From Clostridia bacterium (GTDB taxonomy: Bacteria; Bacillota; Clostridia; TANB77; CAG-508): DNA of 64,000 nucleotides. Made by a program: the position numbers and the translations under genes. The notes below the pieces were generated by a model that did not search any database, was not told the origin of the DNA, and saw only the letters and a program-made list of their open reading frames with translations. Below, one piece after another: positions 56,780 to 64,000 of the stretch. Every line of letters starts with the position of its first letter. Within the stretch, counting starts at the first letter, position 1. Location: positions 4,376 to 68,375 of the forward strand of contig JAFXPH010000006.1 in the NCBI GenBank assembly GCA_017528085.1, given 5' to 3'.

Positions 56780-57448
56780 ATGATTGAATCAAAAGGTTGG
56801 AACTGGAAGATTGTTAGCGATGATAAAGATTCTATATGGAAAAATCCTGCAATAGAGTCTTATTATTTACTAAGTAGGTGGACTTCTCAAGGAATGAAAG
56901 ATTTCTTGGATTTAGGCTGTGGCCTTGGAAGACACACAATCCTATTTGGAAAAAATGGATTTAATGTCAAAGCATTTGATATTAGTGAAGTAGCAGTAGA
57001 AAAGACAAAAAGTTGGGCAGAGGAAGAAGGACTAACTATTGAAACAAAGACAGGAGATATGCTAGAACTTCCATATGAGGACTCATCAGTCGATTGTATT
57101 TATTGTAGAAATGTTATTTCTCATACAGATACTGAAGGAATGAAAAAAGTAGTAGAAGAGCTTAGAAGAGTCTTAAGAAAAGGTGGAGAATGTTATCTTA
57201 CTTTAGGTTCAAAAGACACATGGGGCTTTAAACAAGAAAGTTGGCCACTAGTTGATTCAAATACTAGACTAAGAATGGAAGAAGGACCTGAATACAAAAC
57301 ACCTCATTTTTATGTTGATTATAAGCTTGCAAAAGAATTATTTAAAGAATTTGAAATAGTAAATATTTATCAAGTGGTTAATTATCATGAAAAAGAAGAT
57401 AAGGTATTAGATTCATACCATTATCATTTATTAATTAAAAAAGTTTAA
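56780..57448 (+). CDS. class I SAM-dependent methyltransferase
   Basis: motif I LDLGCGLGRH. Confidence 0.65.
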   Translation: MIESKGWNWKIVSDDKDSIWKNPAIESYYLLSRWTSQGMKDFLDLGCGLGRHTILFGKNGFNVKAFDISEVAVEKTKSWAEEEGLTIETKTGDMLELPYEDSSVDCIYCRNVISHTDTEGMKKVVEELRRVLRKGGECYLTLGSKDTWGFKQESWPLVDSNTRLRMEEGPEYKTPHFYVDYKLAKELFKEFEIVNIYQVVNYHEKEDKVLDSYHYHLLIKKV

Positions 57449-57460
57449 AGGAGAAAGGAT

Positions 57461-57817
57461 ATGTCATATATTTATGAATATAATAAACTTGTAAGAGATA
57501 AGATACCAACTAGGATTATTTCAAGAGGTGCAAAACCTAAATATAGAACTCTAAACGAGGAAGAATATTTAAAAGAATTAAATAAAAAGATAATAGAAGA
57601 AGCTACAGAATTTATTGAAGATAATAGTTTAGAAGAACTTGCAGACTTAATAGAAGTATGTGAATCAATAATGAAGGTTAAGAATTATTCTTGGGACGAA
57701 GTAGAAGAAGCGCAAAAGAATAAACTTGAAAAAAATGGCGGTTTCTATGAAAGAATATTCCTAGAGACAGTTGAAGAAGATACTATTAACGAAAAGGAAG
57801 AAAAATACAGAAAATAA
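57461..57817 (+). CDS. MazG-like nucleotide pyrophosphohydrolase (small all-alpha NTP-PPase)
   Basis: KLVRDKIP N-terminal motif and EExxE acidic helices. Confidence 0.55.
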   Translation: MSYIYEYNKLVRDKIPTRIISRGAKPKYRTLNEEEYLKELNKKIIEEATEFIEDNSLEELADLIEVCESIMKVKNYSWDEVEEAQKNKLEKNGGFYERIFLETVEEDTINEKEEKYRK

Positions 57818-57910
57818 AAAAGGCAAGAGCCCTACGCTTGTGTAGTATTATCTACTATAGCATAAGGCTCTATTATAATTATATTTTCTAGTTCGGCTCA
57901 CGTTAAAAAG

Positions 57911-58324
57911 TTATCTATTTTTGTGTCTCCGAATAGTACCAGTGGTACCATCCCAATCAACGAGTTCATAGCGCCCTAAATGACCTCCAATCTTATCCTG
58001 TGGTGGAACAAGTGGACTATACATGAGAAATAATCTTTCGGCGTCATCGACGTCAAAAGTAAAATATTCTCCGTCTTCTGTAAGTATTGAATAGGTGCAG
58101 TAGCATCTACCGCGAAAATATCCAATAGCTACATAAGAGTCCTCAATTACCTCATCAAAATCAGGATTTGCCTCTACGGCATTTCTGAAAGTGTTATTGA
58201 GAGAATCAGCTCCATCAACAACATGAATGCGGTCTTTGTCCGCTTCAAACTGCTTGGCTGGGGTCGCGCATGCGCTTAAAACTACTAAAAAAACAACAAT
58301 AGCAAGTAAATAAAATTTCTTCAT
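57911..58324 (-). CDS. lipoprotein (137 aa) on GC-rich island, unknown function
   Basis: lipobox LSAC after signal MKKFYLLAIVVFLVV; GC clearly above neighbours; GGAAGG RBS. Confidence 0.6.
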   Translation of the reverse strand: MKKFYLLAIVVFLVVLSACATPAKQFEADKDRIHVVDGADSLNNTFRNAVEANPDFDEVIEDSYVAIGYFRGRCYCTYSILTEDGEYFTFDVDDAERLFLMYSPLVPPQDKIGGHLGRYELVDWDGTTGTIRRHKNR

Positions 58325-58483
58325 GAGTATAAACCTTCCTTATTTCTGTGGGTGAGCCAAACTTGCTATATAATGTTATATTTATGTTAACATAAATATA
58401 ACAAAAAGTCAATGATAAAAAGACATAAACTTCATATGGGAGTAGCATTTGATGAATATTTTTTGGAAAGAAGGTAAATAATA

Positions 58484-58942
58484 ATGGAAGAATTAACGCC
58501 AGCAATGTTAACTGATCAAGGGATTTGTCCAACATGTTATGACAAAGAACATAACCATATTTTGTATGGAGATAACTCAGATAAAATGTTATTTGAAAAT
58601 GATTTATTCGAATGTTTCTTGGTGGGAAATCCAAGAGCAGATGGGCATACAATAATAAGCACTAAGACTCATTATAAAGATATGATGGAATGTCCAGATG
58701 ATCTAGTAAAAGAAATATATGTATTTGCAAAGAAAGCAATGAATATAATTAAAGAAGTGTATGGTTCAGAAAGTGTTTATCTTTGTACTATGTGTGATGG
58801 ACCAATGAATCACTTCCATGTACAACTTATTCCAAGATACGATTTTGAAAAAAGAGGATCTAAGAATTTTGTAAAAGAAAGAAAAGAATATGTAGAAGAT
58901 AAGGATAAGATTAATAAAATAAGAGAATTATTAAAGCAATAA
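58484..58942 (+). CDS. HIT-family (histidine triad-like) protein with N-terminal Cys cluster
   Basis: ADGHTIISTK...NHFHVQLIP resembles HIT nucleotide-binding/His-triad region. Confidence 0.5.
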   Translation: MEELTPAMLTDQGICPTCYDKEHNHILYGDNSDKMLFENDLFECFLVGNPRADGHTIISTKTHYKDMMECPDDLVKEIYVFAKKAMNIIKEVYGSESVYLCTMCDGPMNHFHVQLIPRYDFEKRGSKNFVKERKEYVEDKDKINKIRELLKQ

Positions 58943-58966
58943 AATATCATTTTATTGCTTTTTTCT
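58935..58966 (+). terminator. rho-independent terminator
   Basis: AGCAATAAAAT-ATC-ATTTTATTGCT + T-run. Confidence 0.75.
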
Positions 58967-59022
58967 GTTTCTTAAGGGAGCGTTCATATGATATAATAGT
59001 TGGCGTAAAAGGGAGTGATTTT

Positions 59023-59541
59023 ATGAACAAAAAAGTATTAACAAAAACATATTTAAGAGAAGCAGTAAAATATCAAGTCCGCTTATTTTTGGATGAGGAC
59101 GATAAATGGGTGGTAGTAAAGAAGTTAATAGAGATAACTGAACCTTTTATTATTCGTGAGAATGTGACAGGAATGGATAATGGCTATTATGTATTAGAAC
59201 TAATCCCAAAGAATGAGAATTATGCTTTAAGAATATTTTTTGATGAAAATAAGAAGATAGTCGAATACTATTATGATGTTATCAAAAGTAGTGGTATAGA
59301 TGAAGAGACAAAAGTGCCATACTTTTGGGATCTATATCTAGATGTTACTTATAATGAATATTTTGATGATATTCACATTTTAGATGAAGATGAACTTGAA
59401 GAAGCTTATAGAACAGGAGTCATTAATAAAGAAGATTATAAAATGGCAATTGAAGTCAAAGATAAATTAGTAGAAGAAATAAAAAGTAAAACAAATAAGT
59501 ACTTAAATTATGATTATAGTAAATATTTGAAAGACTTTTAA
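59023..59541 (+). CDS. DUF402-like protein (FomD-like nucleoside diphosphatase family?)
   Basis: WDLYLDV...ILDEDELEEA pattern recalled from DUF402; low confidence. Confidence 0.35.
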   Translation: MNKKVLTKTYLREAVKYQVRLFLDEDDKWVVVKKLIEITEPFIIRENVTGMDNGYYVLELIPKNENYALRIFFDENKKIVEYYYDVIKSSGIDEETKVPYFWDLYLDVTYNEYFDDIHILDEDELEEAYRTGVINKEDYKMAIEVKDKLVEEIKSKTNKYLNYDYSKYLKDF

Positions 59542-59551
59542 GGAGGAATAA

Positions 59552-59938
59552 ATGAAGTTTAATAGTTTAATTCCAGAACTTTCTGTTTCTGATATTAATA
59601 AAAGTAAAGAGTTTTATTTAAACCTAGGATTTGAAATTAAATATGAACGAGAAGAAAATAGATTCTGCTTCTTAGAATTAGAAGAAAACCAAATAATGAT
59701 AGAAGAGAATAATGGTAATTGGGATGTAGGTCCAATGGAGTATCCATATGGACGTGGAATTAATATTAGTATGGCAGTTAAAGATGTTGAAGCTTTTTAT
59801 AATAAGCTAAAACAAAAAGGAATAAAAATGTATTTAGATTTAGAGAAACATGAATATAGAGTAGGAGATGAAGTATCTAAAGATATAGAATTCTTGCTTC
59901 AAGATCCAGATGGATATTTACTTAGATTTAATAATTAA
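59552..59938 (+). CDS. VOC-family (glyoxalase/bleomycin-resistance fold) protein
   Basis: 128 aa, N-terminal IPELSVSDINKSKEFYLNLGFEI beta-alpha-beta-beta-beta module. Confidence 0.65.
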   Translation: MKFNSLIPELSVSDINKSKEFYLNLGFEIKYEREENRFCFLELEENQIMIEENNGNWDVGPMEYPYGRGINISMAVKDVEAFYNKLKQKGIKMYLDLEKHEYRVGDEVSKDIEFLLQDPDGYLLRFNN

Positions 59939-59962
59939 AAAATTATAAATAGGAGTAAAGGT

Positions 59963-60709
59963 ATGAAACAAAATATTTATGACGATTCAGATTTTGCTAA
60001 AGGGTACGACAACATTAGAAAAGAAGGCAAAGGAACCAATGCTAACGATTTAATTGAAATTCCAAACTTTAGAAAAATGGTGCCAGATGTAAAGGGAAAA
60101 ACTATATTAGATCTTGGATGTGGTTATGGAGAAAATGACAAGTACTACAAAGAAAAAGGTGCAGAATATGTTTTAGGAATTGATATTTCAAAGCATATGA
60201 TTGATGAGGCAAACAAAGAAAATAAAGTTGATGGAGTTGAATTTGAAGTCCTTCCAATGGAAGATATAAGCACTTTAGGTAAGACTTTTGATATGGTTAT
60301 CTCATCACTTGCATTTCACTACATTAAAGACTTTGATAAACTTGTAAAAGATATTTATGACATACTAAATGATGGGGGATACTTAGTCTTTTCTCAAGAA
60401 CACCCCAATATTACTAGTTTTAAACCAACTGAGAATATGCCCAAAGGCCATATAGAAGTAGATGGCAAATACTATGGAGTATTTTCTGACTACAATAGAC
60501 TAGGAACAAGAGAAATGAATTGGTTTGATAAAAAAGTGCTTAAATATCATAGAAACTTTGAATACATTATAAATACTTTGGTAAAAGCAGGATTTACTAT
60601 AGAAGAAGTAAATGAACCAGTACCTAGTGAAGAGGGAATAAAGATTAATCCAAAATATAATAATCAATTTGATAGACCTTACTTTTTAATAATAAGAGTA
60701 AGAAAATAA
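59963..60709 (+). CDS. class I SAM-dependent methyltransferase
   Basis: motif I ILDLGCGYGE. Confidence 0.7.
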   Translation: MKQNIYDDSDFAKGYDNIRKEGKGTNANDLIEIPNFRKMVPDVKGKTILDLGCGYGENDKYYKEKGAEYVLGIDISKHMIDEANKENKVDGVEFEVLPMEDISTLGKTFDMVISSLAFHYIKDFDKLVKDIYDILNDGGYLVFSQEHPNITSFKPTENMPKGHIEVDGKYYGVFSDYNRLGTREMNWFDKKVLKYHRNFEYIINTLVKAGFTIEEVNEPVPSEEGIKINPKYNNQFDRPYFLIIRVRK

Positions 60710-60736
60710 ACAAAAGATAAATAGGAGGAAACTACC

Positions 60737-61192
60737 ATGTATATGGAAGACGCAATTAATAGAGCAAGACATACAGTTTATGAAAATGCTGGAGGACCTT
60801 TTGGCGCAGTTATAGTAAAAAATGGAGAAGTTATTTCAATAGCATCAAATACAGTTTTAAGAGATAATGATCCTACAGCTCATGCAGAAATGAATGCAAT
60901 AAAAGGAGCAGGGAAAGCTCTAAACACATATGATTTATCAGGGTGTGAGATATATGCTACCGGGTATCCTTGTCCAATGTGTATGTCAGCTATTATGTGG
61001 TCAAACATTAGAAAAATCTATTATGGTACAGACTTAAAAGATGCTGGAGCAATTGGCTTTAGGGATGATAAGATATATGACTTTATTAAAAATGGAAATG
61101 AATCTAATCTAATAGAAATAGAAAATGTTGATAGAGATAAATGTTTGAAATTATTTGAAGAATATAAAAATATGGGTAAAACAATTTATTAA
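60737..61192 (+). CDS. CMP/dCMP-type nucleoside/nucleobase deaminase (TadA/guanine-deaminase-like)
   Basis: HAEMNAI and PCPMC zinc-ligand motifs. Confidence 0.75.
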   Translation: MYMEDAINRARHTVYENAGGPFGAVIVKNGEVISIASNTVLRDNDPTAHAEMNAIKGAGKALNTYDLSGCEIYATGYPCPMCMSAIMWSNIRKIYYGTDLKDAGAIGFRDDKIYDFIKNGNESNLIEIENVDRDKCLKLFEEYKNMGKTIY

Positions 61193-61204
61193 AGGAGATT
61201 GTCT

Positions 61205-61699
61205 ATGGAATTAGTAGATGTATATGATGATAATGCTCAATTAACAGGAAGAGTAGTTGAAAGAGGTTCAAAAGATTTTAAAGAAGGAGAACACATCGCA
61301 GTCGCAATTATTTATATCGAAAACAGTAATCATGAATTCTTAATTCAAAAAACATCAAAAGAAAAAGGTGGACAGTATTCTTCTACAGGAGGACATATTG
61401 ATCATGGAGAAAAACCTATGCAAACTATAAAAAGAGAAGTTAAAGAAGAATTAGGAATTGATATAGAAGGTGATAATGTTGTTGATTTAGGCTATTTATG
61501 TGTTGATTTTCCAATTAGATTTTGCTTTTATTTAAAAAAGGATATTGATATTAAAGATATTAAAATTCAAGAAGATGAAGTAGAATCAGTATCTTACAAG
61601 ACTGTAGATGAAATTAAAAATCTTATTGATAAAGGACTTATGCATCCAGGTCATGCTAAAGTATTAGATAAAGTCCTAGAGTATCTAGAAAATAAATAA
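61205..61699 (+). CDS. NUDIX hydrolase
   Basis: Nudix box GGHIDHGEKPMQTIKREVKEELGI; RBS AAGGAGA before ATG 61205. Confidence 0.75.
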   Translation: MELVDVYDDNAQLTGRVVERGSKDFKEGEHIAVAIIYIENSNHEFLIQKTSKEKGGQYSSTGGHIDHGEKPMQTIKREVKEELGIDIEGDNVVDLGYLCVDFPIRFCFYLKKDIDIKDIKIQEDEVESVSYKTVDEIKNLIDKGLMHPGHAKVLDKVLEYLENK

Positions 61700-61714
61700 G
61701 TATTAGGAGAAAAC

Positions 61715-62125
61715 ATGATTTATATAAAGGAAAATATCAATAATGTAGATGAATTCAATATGTTATATGATTTGGTTGGCTGGGGAGCATATAATAGAAA
61801 AATCAGTCAAAAAGCATTAGATAATACTTTTTATTCAATAAGTGTATATCAAGAAGATAATATTATAGGATTTGGTAGACTTATTGGTGATTCAATTTGC
61901 TTTTTATATATTCAAGATATCATGGTGAAACCTGAGCATCAAAGGAATAAAATTGGAACTTTGATTATGAATACACTTTTGAATAAGATAAATGAAATAA
62001 GAAAAGAAAATCCAGATGTAAAAGTTTATTTAGGAGCATCTAAAGATAAAGAAGGATTTTATGAACAATTTGGCTTTATTAGAAGAATCGATGCAGGTCT
62101 TGGATATGGCATGATATTAAAATAA
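61715..62125 (+). CDS. GNAT-family N-acetyltransferase
   Basis: QRNKIGTLIMN acetyl-CoA-binding motif region. Confidence 0.65.
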   Translation: MIYIKENINNVDEFNMLYDLVGWGAYNRKISQKALDNTFYSISVYQEDNIIGFGRLIGDSICFLYIQDIMVKPEHQRNKIGTLIMNTLLNKINEIRKENPDVKVYLGASKDKEGFYEQFGFIRRIDAGLGYGMILK

Positions 62126-62143
62126 AAGGAGAAGCGTTGTTAA

Positions 62144-62989
62144 ATGAAACGTATTGAGTATTATATCTTTGATTCAGTTTATGATGACATGACTTCAGGC
62201 AAAAAAACAGTCGAATTTAGATTATTAAATGATAAAAGTAATAGTATCGAAATTGGAGATGAAATACTATTTAAGGTTTATGATAATGATAAAAGAAATG
62301 TTTTAGTCGAGGTAGTAAATAAAGATATTTATGATGGTTTAGATGATTTATGGAATAATAGAGATGCTTATGGTAATTCTTTAGATTATTCTAAAGAAGA
62401 ATTTGAGAATGCTTTTAATACAATATTTGGAAAAGAAAATGTAGATAACTCTAAAATCGTTGCAATCAACTTTAAAATCAAGAAAGTAAAATTAGAGTTA
62501 TTTGATGTAGTAGATGAAAATAGAACACTATTAGGATATACCAAAGAAAGAGGAGCAGTCCTTGAAGATAACGAGTATAATGTGGGCGTTGAATTCTGGC
62601 TTTTTAATGATAACAAACTTCTTATGACTCAAAGAAGTTTGGAAAAATCCCATCCAGGAGAATGGGAAGTTCCAGGAGGTTGTTCTCAAACAGGAGAAAC
62701 TTCAGTAGGTACTTTGTTAAGAGAAGCTAAAGAAGAAGTGAATCTTTCATTAATTGATGGAGAGTATACATTAATTGGTACAGAGCTTTATAAAAAGCAA
62801 TTTGTAGATATGTATTTGATGACAAAGAAAGTTAGCTTAAGCGATATTGTTCTTCAAGAAGAAGAGGTAAGTGACTGTAAATTTTTCACAAAGGAAGAAT
62901 TTTTGAAAATGGCAGAAGAAAACAAAGTAGTTAAATCAGTTTTTAATAGATATTTAAGTATCAAAGATAAATTAGAAGAGAATTGGTAG
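62144..62989 (+). CDS. ASCH-domain + NUDIX hydrolase fusion protein
   Basis: N-terminal ~110 aa ASCH-like beta-barrel (KTVEFRLL...GDEILFKV), C-terminal Nudix box GGCSQTGETSVGTLLREAKEEVNL. Confidence 0.6.
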   Translation: MKRIEYYIFDSVYDDMTSGKKTVEFRLLNDKSNSIEIGDEILFKVYDNDKRNVLVEVVNKDIYDGLDDLWNNRDAYGNSLDYSKEEFENAFNTIFGKENVDNSKIVAINFKIKKVKLELFDVVDENRTLLGYTKERGAVLEDNEYNVGVEFWLFNDNKLLMTQRSLEKSHPGEWEVPGGCSQTGETSVGTLLREAKEEVNLSLIDGEYTLIGTELYKKQFVDMYLMTKKVSLSDIVLQEEEVSDCKFFTKEEFLKMAEENKVVKSVFNRYLSIKDKLEENW

Positions 62990-62996
62990 GTAGAAT

Positions 62997-63410
62997 ATGG
63001 ATATTAAGATTTTTCATGAAATAACTAATGAAGAGTTTTTAGAAGTCATTGAATCAGTAGGATTTAAAACTTATAGTAATGATCAAGTAACTAAAGCACT
63101 TAAAAATACAATGTATATGGTTAAAGTCGAAGCAGATGGAAAACTTGCAGGAATAGGAAGAGTTGTTGGAGATTATAGCATTGTGTGCTGCCTTTCAGAT
63201 GTCTGTGTTAAGCCAGAATTTCAAAAGAAGGGAATAGGACTTGTTATTATTAATGAACTCAAGAAAATGATAGAAGATGGAGTTAAAGAAGGAGAAAAAA
63301 TGCAAATTGAACTTACTCCTACAGCTGGTAATGAAGGATTCTATCAAAAAGCTGGATTTAAGTATAAGCCAGAAAAAATTACAGGAATGTATTTATGGAT
63401 AAAAAAATAA
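62997..63410 (+). CDS. GNAT-family N-acetyltransferase
   Basis: QKKGIGLVIINEL motif region. Confidence 0.65.
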   Translation: MDIKIFHEITNEEFLEVIESVGFKTYSNDQVTKALKNTMYMVKVEADGKLAGIGRVVGDYSIVCCLSDVCVKPEFQKKGIGLVIINELKKMIEDGVKEGEKMQIELTPTAGNEGFYQKAGFKYKPEKITGMYLWIKK

Positions 63411-63411
63411 T

Positions 63412-63846
63412 TTGAAAGGTAGTAATGATATGGAAGAAAGAGAAGAGTTCAATAGTAGATTAGATGAGATTAGAGAAAACTTATTACTAGAAATAAAAAA
63501 TTGGTGGGGACATAGATTTCCTGGATCTATGGGTACAATTATAACTACTAATAAAGAGGTTTATAGATATCAGTTCTATAACAGAAAACCAGATTTCATA
63601 GAAGGTAATTGTAATTTTATTACAAAGGTAAGAGATTTAAATGATGAAGAATACTCAAAAATATATGCTTTTATAGAAGATGAAATAATTAGTAAATCAT
63701 ATGAAAATAGAAAAATGTATGACGCTGGCTATATAGTTTCAGTAAATTATAACGGTATTGTTAGAGTTATAGAAAACAATAAAGGTGATGAAAATAATCC
63801 TGAAATATATGATACTACAGAAAAATTGTTAAAAGAGATAATATAA
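63412..63846 (+). CDS. hypothetical protein
   Basis: ORF only. Confidence 0.4.
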   Translation: MKGSNDMEEREEFNSRLDEIRENLLLEIKNWWGHRFPGSMGTIITTNKEVYRYQFYNRKPDFIEGNCNFITKVRDLNDEEYSKIYAFIEDEIISKSYENRKMYDAGYIVSVNYNGIVRVIENNKGDENNPEIYDTTEKLLKEII

Positions 63847-63873
63847 CAATTTATATAGGAAAGAAAAAAACTA

Positions 63874-64000
63874 TGATTAAATTATTTGATAAAGAAATGA
63901 ACGAGATACCAGTTGAGAGAAGTATGTATCAATGGCAATTATTACCATTAGATAACTTTGCTGCATTTGGACTAATGATGAACGAAGAATATTTTCAAAC
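63874..64000 (+). CDS. hypothetical protein, N-terminal fragment (continues beyond window)
   Basis: ATG 63874 after GGAAAGAAAAAAA; open to window end. Confidence 0.35.

Overview
This window reads as a low-GC (about 28-30% by eye) chromosomal segment of a Firmicutes anaerobe, most likely a Clostridia/Tissierellia-type organism. Genes are densely packed, mostly on the + strand, with AGGAGG-type ribosome-binding sites and many clean rho-independent terminators. Most of the window is housekeeping: rnhB, two tandem pyrimidine-nucleoside phosphorylase paralogs, an M18 aminopeptidase, mfd, pepF, an OmpR/histidine-kinase pair, maf, trmL, cyclophilin, ruvA, rarA, murD, lspA, a TagA-family transferase, rluD, rluB, hup, the ireB-ruvX-DUF1292 trio, cdd and a run of small nucleotide-sanitising enzymes. 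I found no rRNA, tRNA or CRISPR array. Five things stand out. (1) A 1918-aa membrane-anchored protein has a disordered acidic and Ala/Gly-rich cytoplasmic head and a very large extracytoplasmic body containing a Cys-rich segment and a CHAP/NlpC-P60-like Cys-His fold, followed by a small single-pass membrane partner. (2) A 1083-aa modular protein combines a receiver-like N-terminus, about eight near-perfect plus four degenerate tandem acidic ~30-residue motifs (a 90-nt DNA tandem repeat), two AT-hooks and a C-terminal MinD/ParA-like domain with a degenerate Walker A. It sits next to hup, two small acidic proteins, a small membrane protein and a membrane protein with a degenerate GGDEF domain. 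(3) An orphan conjugation-like pair, a replication-relaxation-family wHTH protein and a four-TM VirD4/TraG-like coupling ATPase, is embedded among rRNA pseudouridine-synthase genes. (4) Three isolated single-gene islands of clearly higher GC (about 45% by eye), each with its own GC-rich terminator hairpin, suggest recent single-gene acquisitions: a cytoplasmic 179-aa unknown, a secreted triple-SH3b protein and a lipoprotein. (5) ruvA is followed by rarA rather than ruvB. All functional calls rest on motif recognition by eye; nothing was searched against a database.
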